DNA of 59,056 nt, filler included. It is 6 parts of 6 records of this genome, joined end to end, with 100 filler letters (N's around TTAATTAATTAA, not from the genome) between each part and the next. Parts side by side here need not be neighbours in the genome. Positions count along the whole stretch, not along the records: positions 29,008 to 47,508 come from SRR31156797_12146; 5 more parts are not named here. One strand, given 5' to 3'. Below the pieces are notes generated by a model. That model was not told the origin of the DNA. It searched no databases and was given only the letters and a program-made list of their open reading frames with translations. The position numbers and the translations under genes were made by a program. This document shows positions 29,008-45,701 of the stretch, in pieces; position 1 is the stretch's first letter; each line of letters begins with the position of its first letter.

Positions 29008-31584
29008 CACTTTTTAGAGCATATGGCTTTTAACGGAACCGAAAATTTCCCTGGGAAAGGCGTTCTGAATTATCTGGAAAAGTATGGTGTTGCTTTCGGA
29101 CGTAACATTAATGCTTATACAAATGTAGACGAAACAGTTTACAACCTTAGTAATATTCCTACCTCGAACGAGAATTTACTGGATTCTGCTTTGTTGGTAT
29201 TGCATGATTGGTCGAATTACCTAAGTCTTACAGGTGAGGAGATTGATAATGAACGAGGTGTTATTCACGAAGAGTGGAGAACTCGCCGATCAGGTGGAAT
29301 GCGTGCTTATTTGGAGCAAAGTAAAGTTATTTACAAAGGATCTAAGTATGCGAAGCGTGATGTGATTGGTAGTTTAGATGTAATTGACAATTTTGATCAC
29401 AAAGTAATTCGTGATTTTTATCACGACTGGTATCGTACCGATCTACAGGCAATTGTTGTAGTTGGAGATGTTGATGCTGAGAAGTTTGAACAGAAGATAA
29501 AGGAAATGTTTGCTCATATTCCTGCAGTTAAGGATGCAAAGGAAAGAGTTTATTATGACGTTCCTGGAAATAAGGAGCCAATTGTAGGAATTATAACTGA
29601 TCCTGAGGTAAGCAATTACAAGTTTGATATTTTTTACAAGCATAAAGCGACTCCATTTCAAGAGAAAAATTTAAAATACTACCGCAATTCTATAATTGAG
29701 GATTTGTATTCAAGTATTTTGGGTGATCGCTTAAATGAATTGCTTCAGAAAGGTGACGCTCCATTTATTAATGGATGGGGAGCTTACTATAACAGAGCAA
29801 GAAAAATGGATGTTTATCACAACAGTGTTACTCTTAAAGAAGGTAATTTACTTGGAGGTGCTGAGACATTCTTAAATGAAATTGAAAGAGCGAACAGACA
29901 TGGAGTTGTTGCTACAGAATTGGAAAGAGCAAAAACAGAAATGTTAAGTCGTATCGAAAAGCAATATAAAGATCGCAACAAGCAGCATAACGACAGATTG
30001 GTACAAGGATACAAGAGGCATTATCTTGTGAATGAGCCTGTTCCAGGTATCGAGTTTGAGTTTGAAGCGATGAAGAAATTGTTGCCTGGTATTTCTGCCG
30101 AAGAGGTAAATGCATTTTCTAAGAAGTGGATGACAAAAGAGAATGTAGTTATTACGTTTACTGCTCCTGAGAAGGAAGGTGTTGAATTGCCAACAGAAGC
30201 ACAATTGCTTTCATTGGTTGAAAAGGTCAGAAATGCTGATTTAAAGCCTTATGAAGATAAAGTAATTACTGAGCCTTTAATTGCTGAAATGCCTAAAGCA
30301 GGTGTTGTTAAAAAGGAAGCTAAGCTTTCTGATTTTGATGCTACCGAATGGACTTTAGCTAATGGAGCAAAAGTAGTGGTTAAAAAGACTGATTTCAAAG
30401 AGAATGAAATTCGTTTGCAAGCTTTTAGTAAGGGTGGAAATTCTTTATATGGTGTTGAAGATCTTGCCTCAGCAGAAATGGCTGGTGGTTTTATTGCTAA
30501 CTTTGGTTTAGGTCAGTTTGATCAAACAAGTTTGCAAAAACTATTAACTGGTAAATCAGTTCGTGTATCTCCTTATATTGGTGAGTTAACCGAAGGATTT
30601 AGCGGAAACTCATCTGTTAAGGATTTTGAGACCTTATTGCAATTGGTACACATGTATTTTGTTGCTCCACGCTTCGATAATGATGCCTTTACAGCATTAA
30701 AAGGCAGATATATGGCTTATGTTGCCAATATGGGATCGGATGTAAACAAGGCGTTCAGAGATTCAGTTTCTGTAACTACCACTGATCACAATCCACGTAC
30801 AATTTTGTTTGATACAGATATGATTGCTAGCTTAAATCTTGAAACGATGAAGCGTGTTTATCAGGAAAGATTTGTTGATGCTAGTGACTTTACTTTTGTA
30901 TTTGTTGGTAATATTGATGCTGAAAAAGCAAAACCAATGATTGAAATTTATCTTGGTAGTATTAAGGATATCGATCGTGAAGAAACCTGGAAAGATACTG
31001 GTGTAGATTATCCTAAAAAAGATACTTACAATCATTTTGCAAGAGTAATGGAAACTCCAAAAACAACTATTCATATCGACTTACATGGTGATATCAAGTA
31101 CTCAAGAGAGAACAGTATCATGATGGATGTAGTTGCTGAATTGTTGGATAAAAGATATACCGATGTGATTCGTGAGCAAGAAGGTGGATCGTATGGCGTT
31201 GGTGTTAGAGCTTCTGTAGATAAATTGCCTCGTGAAGAGTACAATTTAATTGTTCGTTTTGATACTGATCCAGCGAAAGCTGATAAGCTAAAAGGTATTG
31301 TTTATGACGAAATTCAGGCTCTATTTACTAAAGGAGTTAAGGAAGATGATTTAGTTGAGGCTAAGGAAAACTTCATTAAAGAATATCAGGAGAATCTTCG
31401 TAAGAATGGATATTGGATTAATGCAATCAATCATTATTACATTTATGACGAGAGCATTCTTTCATTGGAAGATTATGAGAAGATGATCAACTCTATTACT
31501 AAAGAAAAGGTGGAGAAATTTGCTAAGAAATACTTCGCTAAAACTGGAAAAGTAGAGGTTGTAATGTCTCCAAAAGAGAAATAA
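29008..31584 (+). CDS. M16 family zinc peptidase (PqqL-like), 5'-truncated
   Basis: Contig starts CAC TTT TTA GAG CAT = HFLEH (inverted HxxEH), then NAYT, ERGVIHEEWR, IREQEGGSY. Confidence 0.93.
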   Translation, partial: HFLEHMAFNGTENFPGKGVLNYLEKYGVAFGRNINAYTNVDETVYNLSNIPTSNENLLDSALLVLHDWSNYLSLTGEEIDNERGVIHEEWRTRRSGGMRAYLEQSKVIYKGSKYAKRDVIGSLDVIDNFDHKVIRDFYHDWYRTDLQAIVVVGDVDAEKFEQKIKEMFAHIPAVKDAKERVYYDVPGNKEPIVGIITDPEVSNYKFDIFYKHKATPFQEKNLKYYRNSIIEDLYSSILGDRLNELLQKGDAPFINGWGAYYNRARKMDVYHNSVTLKEGNLLGGAETFLNEIERANRHGVVATELERAKTEMLSRIEKQYKDRNKQHNDRLVQGYKRHYLVNEPVPGIEFEFEAMKKLLPGISAEEVNAFSKKWMTKENVVITFTAPEKEGVELPTEAQLLSLVEKVRNADLKPYEDKVITEPLIAEMPKAGVVKKEAKLSDFDATEWTLANGAKVVVKKTDFKENEIRLQAFSKGGNSLYGVEDLASAEMAGGFIANFGLGQFDQTSLQKLLTGKSVRVSPYIGELTEGFSGNSSVKDFETLLQLVHMYFVAPRFDNDAFTALKGRYMAYVANMGSDVNKAFRDSVSVTTTDHNPRTILFDTDMIASLNLETMKRVYQERFVDASDFTFVFVGNIDAEKAKPMIEIYLGSIKDIDREETWKDTGVDYPKKDTYNHFARVMETPKTTIHIDLHGDIKYSRENSIMMDVVAELLDKRYTDVIREQEGGSYGVGVRASVDKLPREEYNLIVRFDTDPAKADKLKGIVYDEIQALFTKGVKEDDLVEAKENFIKEYQENLRKNGYWINAINHYYIYDESILSLEDYEKMINSITKEKVEKFAKKYFAKTGKVEVVMSPKEK

Positions 31585-31617
31585 ATATAGATTTCTTACA
31601 TTAGTTATTATAGTTCA

Positions 31618-31645
31618 AGGTCGCACGTATGTGCGACCTTTTTTA
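31618..31645 (+). terminator. Intrinsic terminator
   Basis: AGGTCGCAC-GTAT-GTGCGACCT followed by a T-tract. Confidence 0.8.
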
Positions 31646-31658
31646 TTTCAATAAAACT

Positions 31659-32315
31659 TTATTTTTTAATTCTAATATAGTTGTACTTGTCTAGATCTTC
31701 GACACTATTTATTTGGTAAGTTCTTGCTTTATAAAGCATGTATAAATCATCGCTAATATCTAAAATATTTTCATATAAATGATCACTAATAATAATGCCT
31801 TTGTTCTGTTTTTCTTGATTTATTAGTTCTTTAATAGAATTAATATGAAGGGGCATTACTTGAGAAAAAGGTTCATCTAACAAACAAAAGTCACACTCGG
31901 AAGTAAGAATAGAATAGATCTCTACAATTCGTCTTTCACCCCCAGATAATTTATCCATTTTATCATTGTAATAAATCTTAAAATCAGGAAAGTTTCTGGT
32001 AAACCTAGAGAAATCTAAATTAAAATTATTGAATATTTGTTTTAACCTAAGAGATTTTGGAATGAATTCGAATTGAGGTAAGTACTTAATTGTTTTTGAA
32101 TTAATTTTTTTGATATGCTTTGAGTCAATTCGAATTGATTTTTGTTGTGGAGTTAATGTTCCAAAGATTATTTTAAATAAACAAGATTTACCACAACCAT
32201 TACTGCCAAGCAAACCAGTTATTTTTCCCTTTTCACTTTTTAAATAAATGCCACTAAGTATTCTTCTAGACCTGAAATCTAATATAGTATCATCAATTTC
32301 GAGAAGTTCTGCCAT
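31659..32315 (-). CDS. ABC transporter ATP-binding protein
   Basis: GSNGCGKS, LSGGERR, LLDEPF, SDH. Confidence 0.9.
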   Translation of the reverse strand: MAELLEIDDTILDFRSRRILSGIYLKSEKGKITGLLGSNGCGKSCLFKIIFGTLTPQQKSIRIDSKHIKKINSKTIKYLPQFEFIPKSLRLKQIFNNFNLDFSRFTRNFPDFKIYYNDKMDKLSGGERRIVEIYSILTSECDFCLLDEPFSQVMPLHINSIKELINQEKQNKGIIISDHLYENILDISDDLYMLYKARTYQINSVEDLDKYNYIRIKK

Positions 32316-32318
32316 TTA

Positions 32319-32633
32319 TTACAAATTATAATATGTGAGGATAATGAATAAAAGAATGTCAATACTAAGACTGGTAATCCAAAGGAAATATTTACTTAAT
32401 CCTAAATTTCTATAATAATAGTATTCAGTTCTCTTACGATCGTTTATGATGTAAAATATACCACCAAGGGTCAAAATCTTAAACCAAATAATTGCTGTTA
32501 AACCAAGTGTACCATATATCGAAATTAAAAATATACAGCAGATTGTAATCAAATTACTTGCTATAAAATAGGATTTATAGAATTGAATGATAGATTTTAT
32601 AAGTAACAATAAATTCGATTTTAATATGAACAA
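32319..32633 (-). CDS. Small membrane protein paired with the ABC ATPase
   Basis: Three hydrophobic segments, EYYYYRNLGLSK; 3 bp from the ATPase gene. Confidence 0.7.
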   Translation of the reverse strand: MFILKSNLLLLIKSIIQFYKSYFIASNLITICCIFLISIYGTLGLTAIIWFKILTLGGIFYIINDRKRTEYYYYRNLGLSKYFLWITSLSIDILLFIILTYYNL

Positions 32634-32819
32634 GCAAAATAAGAATATTACGATTGTAAATAAAATGTTTTATGTGAATATTTGTTAAATAAAAAAGGCA
32701 CCTTAACCATCTATTTTAGAATAGTAAAGTGCCTTTAAAAACAAATCTAACTTAAAACGCGATATCATAAATGTGATATCTAAGGAACTATTTTTAGTTC
32801 GTAAGAATTGCTTGTTGTA

Positions 32820-34880
<2,061 letters not shown>

Positions 34881-34909
34881 CTATTTGTGAAAATTGGAAT
34901 ATATATTTT

Positions 34910-34946
34910 AAGTCCCACTCCTGCGGGAGGGGGACTTCGGATGAGG
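34910..34946. repeat. REP-like hairpin
   Basis: AAGTCCCACTCC-TGCG-GGAGGGGGACTT followed by CGGATGAGG. Confidence 0.5.
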
Positions 34947-34948
34947 AT

Positions 34949-39933
<4,985 letters not shown>

Positions 39934-39948
39934 GATTATATATTTTAT

Positions 39949-40038
39949 ACCTCATCCTCTAACTCCTACTCCTCAAGGAGAAGGAGAATTATTACTGCAA
40001 ATTTCCCTCTTCTTAAGGAGAGGGACCGAGGGTGAGGT
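39949..40038. repeat. REP/MITE-like inverted element
   Basis: ACCTCATCCTC...GAGGGTGAGGT termini; internal CTCCTACTCCTCAAGGAGAAGGAG and CCCTCTTCTTAAGGAGAGGG hairpins. Confidence 0.6.
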
Positions 40039-40053
40039 GTTAATTGTTCATTA

Positions 40054-41352
40054 TTAATTCTCGATTGGCATTTCCAACCACTCCTCCAATGTTTTGATGA
40101 TCTCATTTTTCATCTCAGCAGGAAAGTGTCTGATTCTGGTACCATGAGCTCCTTCAGGGTTTACAAACTTTTTACATTTGGTGTTGTTTTTTAAATCAAC
40201 TGCAGTCGCCGACCAGGTATCCCATTCGCCATAAATGAAAAGCATCTTTTCTGCACCTGACTGTAACCATATGTTTACTTTTTCCATAGATTCAGGATTG
40301 AATTTTCTTATTGGATCCTTCGGGAATACATGATCAAAAGTTAAATCCTTATTGTAACTGATGTACTTCTTGAAAGGTTCAACTTCGTAGCTGTACATTC
40401 CTATTTCAGTAAGTGCCTGATGGTAGAAAGCTAAACTTGGTTTTAAACTGATCTCATCGAAGAAATCCATGCCTGACACACGTTTTAAATGCTTAAATAG
40501 TTCTTCAGGCTTAGCATTTGAAGAAGGAATATCTTCGCATTTAGTTCCTCCCCATTGCCAGAATGCAAAAGAATATTCCAAAATGCTTAAGTCAAGTGCT
40601 TTTTCCAATCCCATCGAGAATGAATACCCCTTTTCTTCAGCATGAGTTTTTGCCAATGGAAGAATTTCTTTTTTATTTTTAAAACAAGCCAATTGAAACT
40701 GATAAATCTTGTCTCTACACTCTTTACTACCAACGGTAGCCAGATGTTGATGAATTCTTTTGTCTTCACGTTCGAAATTAAGTGGTGCTACATAGGGAAC
40801 ACTCACATCTACATCATTTGGGTAAAAGTATCGATGGTACATGGTTGTTTGTCCACCTTTACTTATGCCAGTCGTAATCCATTTGTTCTTGTAAATTTTC
40901 TTTAATGCCTGAATTATTGCATGCTGATCGGCAGCAGCCTGTTTGATGTTCAGAAATTTCCAGTCTAGACTATCCGGCATTGAATTTTTAAAATATCGGT
41001 GCTCAATAGTTAACTGATTTGCATTTAAAAGTTTACTTAGTTCACCTGCTTTTTCTGTCCAAATATTATAACCTTGAATTTCTACAACCATTGGCTTTTC
41101 AATGGCATGATGCCCAAGCAGAACTCTTTGCTTAAAGTTGCCAGCTTCTGGATTTTCATGATCTAAAGGCTGTGTAAAATACAATTCGTAATATTCAGAA
41201 TATGTTGTGTCTCCAGCTATTTTTTCAACAGTTACATCTGGTAGCTGCTTAAGGCTCTCTTCAAGACTTAATGGTTTTGTCTGAAAACAGGATGATAGAC
41301 CTATGGTCAGAATAAAAAGGAGGCTGTAAAAATTGATAGTTAGTTTGTTCAT
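40054..41352 (-). CDS. S28/S37 (PS-10, prolyl tripeptidyl-aminopeptidase-like) serine peptidase, lipoprotein
   Basis: FTQPLDH, IEHRYF, QAAADQH, GISKGG, YGEWDTW; lipobox LSSC. Confidence 0.85.
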   Translation of the reverse strand: MNKLTINFYSLLFILTIGLSSCFQTKPLSLEESLKQLPDVTVEKIAGDTTYSEYYELYFTQPLDHENPEAGNFKQRVLLGHHAIEKPMVVEIQGYNIWTEKAGELSKLLNANQLTIEHRYFKNSMPDSLDWKFLNIKQAAADQHAIIQALKKIYKNKWITTGISKGGQTTMYHRYFYPNDVDVSVPYVAPLNFEREDKRIHQHLATVGSKECRDKIYQFQLACFKNKKEILPLAKTHAEEKGYSFSMGLEKALDLSILEYSFAFWQWGGTKCEDIPSSNAKPEELFKHLKRVSGMDFFDEISLKPSLAFYHQALTEIGMYSYEVEPFKKYISYNKDLTFDHVFPKDPIRKFNPESMEKVNIWLQSGAEKMLFIYGEWDTWSATAVDLKNNTKCKKFVNPEGAHGTRIRHFPAEMKNEIIKTLEEWLEMPIEN

Positions 41353-41367
41353 GATTAGTTTGTGTTT

Positions 41368-42408
41368 TTATCTGAAAATAAATCCATTTTTCAATGGATC
41401 TTTTGGATCGAAATAGAATTCATTTTGTCCGGTGATTGAAGCAGTTCCACTCACTTCAGGTATGATTGCATCAATACCTTCGTAGTTGCAAGTTTCAGCA
41501 ACTTTTACACTCATTGTTGAACCTAAAATACTTTCAATGATTATTTCTTTATTTAGCTGCAACTCACTTTTCCCAAAATGGATGGCAGCTCGTCCACTTA
41601 CACCGGAACCAGTAGCAGAACGGTCTACTTCACCATCCGCGAAAATGCAGACATTACGCGAATGATGATTTAGATTCTTTGCTTTTCCAATAAAGATCGT
41701 TCCATATAAAAAACTTAAATCTTCTTCAAGTGGATGTTTTATGTTGAATTGATCTATTACGGCAGACTTTATTTTTCTACCGTAGTCAATCAGTTTATTG
41801 TAATCAGTTTCGTCTAAGTGCAATCCCAAATCATCAGCTTGTACATAAGCATAAAATGCTCCGCCATATCCCAAATCGAATTTTACCTTACCAATTTCAG
41901 GAACATCAACAACTTGATCTTTTAAAGACATAAAAGATGGAACATTTTTAAAGGATACCTTCTCCACCTTACCATTTTTACGGAATGCCTTACAGGTAAT
42001 TCTTCCTGGAGGTGCATCAATTCTGATGATTGGATTTTCTTCATCTCGAACAATCATTCCGGTATCCAGAACAAGAGTAACCAAAGCTATCATTGCATGT
42101 CCACACATGGTGCTATAGCCTTCGTTGTGAAGGAAAAAGGTACCAAAATCACCATCTTCGGTGGTGGGTTCTGTAATAATAGCACCATACATATCGGCAT
42201 GACCACGAGGTTCCCACATGGTTCCAGTTCTTATATAATCGAATTTATCTCTAAAATACTTTCTTTTTTCAAGAATGGTATTGCCTTTAATTTCAGGAAG
42301 CCCACTGGTAAAAACACGTAATGGTTCACCTCCCGTATGAAGTTCAATCGTTTTGATTTTTAACCAATCCTTTGGAGCTTGCCAGTTCCAATTATCTGTA
42401 ATTTTCAT
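41368..42408 (-). CDS. Proline-racemase-family enzyme with Cys/Thr dyad: trans-3-hydroxy-L-proline dehydratase
   Basis: HTGGEPLR, EPRGHADMYG, STMCGH (Cys) and DRSATGSG (Thr in place of the second Cys). Confidence 0.8.
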   Translation of the reverse strand: MKITDNWNWQAPKDWLKIKTIELHTGGEPLRVFTSGLPEIKGNTILEKRKYFRDKFDYIRTGTMWEPRGHADMYGAIITEPTTEDGDFGTFFLHNEGYSTMCGHAMIALVTLVLDTGMIVRDEENPIIRIDAPPGRITCKAFRKNGKVEKVSFKNVPSFMSLKDQVVDVPEIGKVKFDLGYGGAFYAYVQADDLGLHLDETDYNKLIDYGRKIKSAVIDQFNIKHPLEEDLSFLYGTIFIGKAKNLNHHSRNVCIFADGEVDRSATGSGVSGRAAIHFGKSELQLNKEIIIESILGSTMSVKVAETCNYEGIDAIIPEVSGTASITGQNEFYFDPKDPLKNGFIFR

Positions 42409-42418
42409 AGCTAATAGA

Positions 42419-44677
42419 TTAGTTGATTTTGTACTCTTTTGGAGCATCTTTGTGTAATAGATTATTTACAAAAAAGTCCCAACGCTTACGAATGAAATAT
42501 TTGTCGTAATAGCATGTTCCATGATCTTTTCCTGGAAGTAGAATTAATTCAAAATCTTTATTGGCTTTGATCAGCTCATCAGCCATACGAACAGAAGCTG
42601 CAGGATTCACATTGTTGTCCATATTGCCATGAACCATTAATAATTTCCCTTCTAACTTCTCCGCTAAAAAGAAATTTGATTGCTCATCGTAATGATTTAG
42701 CGCTGGAAATCCCATATACAATTCAGGCCACCAGGCTTTCGCACTTCTGTGATCATGATTTCCAGCTGAGGAAACACCAACTTTGTAAAAATCGGGATGT
42801 GTTAGTAAGGCATGAGTGGCATCATAACCTCCAGCGGAATGCCCATAAATTCCAACATTCTCGATATCCATGTATGGATATTTTTTAGATAGTTCTTTAA
42901 TGGCTTTGATATGATCAGGAGCTCCGATATCACCCAGGTTTTTGTAGGAAACATCATGAAATTCTTTTGATCTGAAGGCTGACCCTAATCCATCAACAGT
43001 AACAACTACAAAGCCAATCTGAGCTATTGGAATATCCATATTCACCAATCCTCTTCTGAAAGTTTTTGGTGTTCGAATGGTTTGCGGACCTGAGTAGGTT
43101 CCATCAATTACCGGATAGGATTTTGAAGAATCTAAACTAAACGGTCTGAAAATGGCTCCGTAAATATCTGTTTTGTTATCTCGAGCTTTTACGGTATACA
43201 TTTCAGGAGCTTTCCAACCCATTTTAAGAATGTCTTCAATATCGGTTTTGTCAATATCCATTACCTTCTTGCCATTCCTTGCATTACTAATTACAAAACG
43301 ATCTGGAAGATCAACTCGAGAGTAATTATCAAATACATATTTGCCATTTGGACTTACATTGCAAATGTGATAAGCATTTTCAGGAGAAAGTAATTTTAAT
43401 CCGCTTCCATCAAAGTTGATAGAGTAGAGGTAAGTATAGTATGGATCTCCTTTCTCTTTTCCACAAGCTCTGAAGTAGATTTTTTCCTTTTTTTCATCCA
43501 CTTTACAGATTTCTCTAACTACATAATCTCCATTGGTAACTTGATTTTTCAATTCTCCACTTTGATAATTGTAGCGATAAATGTGATGCCATCCATCTTG
43601 TTCCGATGTCCAGAAAACATTATTTCCATCTTTGTTTACTTTGTAAATATGCATGTTGGGATCCACATAGGTATCAGCGGTTTCTGAAATGATAGTTCGA
43701 GACTTTCCAGTTTCCACATCAACTTCTATTAATTCACGTTTCTGATAACCACGGTAGTAACGAAGAGTGTACGCTTTGGTGTTAGATTTCCATTGAAACC
43801 CATATTCCAGAAAAGTAGCATTTTCAGGAAGATCACAATCAATTTTTTTGCCAGTTTTGGTATCGAATATTGAATAGCAAACTCTGGTTAAATCTTTATC
43901 TCCGGCAATTGGTCTTTCGTATGAAAACACTTCAGCTCTGAATCCTTTTTTAGGTGTGCTCTTATACATGTAAAGTTTCTGAGTGTGCTCTCTATTGTAC
44001 TTTGCACAAATCAAATATCTTGAATCAGGAGACCAATAGGCATCAATTTCATACTCCATTTTTTGGTTGGCACTTTCGTTTCTAACAAAGTACCATGAAA
44101 TAGAAGTTCCGTAACTTAAGCTTTCATTTCCGTCAGTGGTCAACTGTTTTTCCTGTTCACCTTCCTTTAGGAATAGATTATATTCTTTTATATAGGCAAC
44201 TTTCTTTTTATCAGGTGAAACCAATTGTTGTTCGTTGTATTTTTGAGGTTTTTCTCTGGTGCTAATTTTATAGGTGTTTAAATCAGCTTCAAGTAAGAAA
44301 GTATCTAATGCGAATTGTAATTGAGTTTTATTAATCAGCTTAATACTTTTCAATTTTAGATTAAAAGGCTTTGCTTCTTTGCCAGTAAATTCAGCTAATT
44401 GTTTGCTTAAATTTTCCTGATCAAAAAGGGATGATTTCTTTTTGCCTTTGATATCAACAAGGAAATATTCCAATCCTTTTCTGGTTTTTGTGGAGTACCA
44501 AAGAGAATCTCCTTCACCAATCCAGTTAGGATGAATATTGGAATTGTATATTTTATCTTCGATATTGCACCAAAGCCATTTTTCAGCTTCTTGGTAATCC
44601 TTTAATTCACCCTGTGCAAACAGTTTGCAAGAGGTAAGGAGAAGAAACAAGATGATTAGAGTTTGTTTAGTTTTCAT
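42419..44677 (-). CDS. S9B dipeptidyl peptidase IV family
   Basis: Beta-propeller (WSPDS, DGWHHIY), GHSAGG, HGNMDNNV, His motif PGKDH; signal peptide. Confidence 0.9.
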   Translation of the reverse strand: MKTKQTLIILFLLLTSCKLFAQGELKDYQEAEKWLWCNIEDKIYNSNIHPNWIGEGDSLWYSTKTRKGLEYFLVDIKGKKKSSLFDQENLSKQLAEFTGKEAKPFNLKLKSIKLINKTQLQFALDTFLLEADLNTYKISTREKPQKYNEQQLVSPDKKKVAYIKEYNLFLKEGEQEKQLTTDGNESLSYGTSISWYFVRNESANQKMEYEIDAYWSPDSRYLICAKYNREHTQKLYMYKSTPKKGFRAEVFSYERPIAGDKDLTRVCYSIFDTKTGKKIDCDLPENATFLEYGFQWKSNTKAYTLRYYRGYQKRELIEVDVETGKSRTIISETADTYVDPNMHIYKVNKDGNNVFWTSEQDGWHHIYRYNYQSGELKNQVTNGDYVVREICKVDEKKEKIYFRACGKEKGDPYYTYLYSINFDGSGLKLLSPENAYHICNVSPNGKYVFDNYSRVDLPDRFVISNARNGKKVMDIDKTDIEDILKMGWKAPEMYTVKARDNKTDIYGAIFRPFSLDSSKSYPVIDGTYSGPQTIRTPKTFRRGLVNMDIPIAQIGFVVVTVDGLGSAFRSKEFHDVSYKNLGDIGAPDHIKAIKELSKKYPYMDIENVGIYGHSAGGYDATHALLTHPDFYKVGVSSAGNHDHRSAKAWWPELYMGFPALNHYDEQSNFFLAEKLEGKLLMVHGNMDNNVNPAASVRMADELIKANKDFELILLPGKDHGTCYYDKYFIRKRWDFFVNNLLHKDAPKEYKIN

Positions 44678-44680
44678 GAG

Positions 44681-45640
44681 TTAGAGTTCTACTTGTGTGC
44701 CAATGTTTTCTTGAATTGCTTTTTGATACATGTACTCTGCTACCACGACATCGAACAATGCCATGCCAACAGATTTAAAGAATGTGGTTTCGGAATTATC
44801 CGTTTTATTTTCGGCTATCAGCTTGCTAACAGGATGAATTTGTTCCTTATTCAGGATTTTGTTTGCCAATGGAATTGCCAGGTCACCACTTTCTTTTGAG
44901 GCAAAAGGAGTGTCAACCCAAACCTTATCAAGTAAAGGAAATAGTTCGTCCGGAAATTCTCTCATATCAGGTTTATAGGATCCGATTCCAATAAATGTTT
45001 TTCCGTTTAATAGTTTCTTATTATTTGGAATTACCGGCATTTTTGAAGAGGTTGTACAAATAATGATTTCCGATTTGAGAACTAATTCTTCGGTACTTTT
45101 AGCCGATTGAACCTGAATATGAGGCAAGGATTGTTTTAGTTTTGAAATGAATTCATTTAGCTTTTCATTGTCCAAATCGAAAACAGTAATTTCATTAATT
45201 TGTCTAACACTGGATGCAAAAATAGCCTGAGTAAATCCTTGAATTCCTGTTCCTATTATCCCTAGTTTACTTGAGTTTTCAGCACTGATGTACTTGATAC
45301 CAATTCCACCAACAGCTCCTGTTCTGATTGCTGTTAAAGCAGCACCGTTTAACAAAGCTAAAGGTTCTCCACTTTTACCATCGTTAAGGACCATGGTGCC
45401 ATAAATAGATGGCTTTCCTATTGTTGGATTGTTTGGATTCACACTCACCAACTTGGTTCCGAAATAATTCTGCGTAAAACATGGCATCAACAAAAGGGTA
45501 TTGTCATTTTGATGAGCATGCATGCGATCGGGCATGTGAAAAGAATCTGTATGAAATAGAGTAAAAGCCTTTTCAATAGCTTTCATTACTTCTTCGGGTG
45601 ACAGTAAATTTTCTATTTCAGATTTATTTAGAATGAGCAT
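44681..45640 (-). CDS. Ornithine cyclodeaminase/mu-crystallin family; probable delta1-pyrroline-2-carboxylate reductase
   Basis: LLMP, KLVSV, LTAIRTGA, IGTGIQG, FKSVGMALFD; adjacent to the Cys/Thr dehydratase. Confidence 0.8.
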   Translation of the reverse strand: MLILNKSEIENLLSPEEVMKAIEKAFTLFHTDSFHMPDRMHAHQNDNTLLLMPCFTQNYFGTKLVSVNPNNPTIGKPSIYGTMVLNDGKSGEPLALLNGAALTAIRTGAVGGIGIKYISAENSSKLGIIGTGIQGFTQAIFASSVRQINEITVFDLDNEKLNEFISKLKQSLPHIQVQSAKSTEELVLKSEIIICTTSSKMPVIPNNKKLLNGKTFIGIGSYKPDMREFPDELFPLLDKVWVDTPFASKESGDLAIPLANKILNKEQIHPVSKLIAENKTDNSETTFFKSVGMALFDVVVAEYMYQKAIQENIGTQVEL

Positions 45641-45701
45641 GTGATTGGAATAGAGGAGGGGAGAAATGGAATTCTCACCCTCCATATAAAAACAAACCTA
45701 A

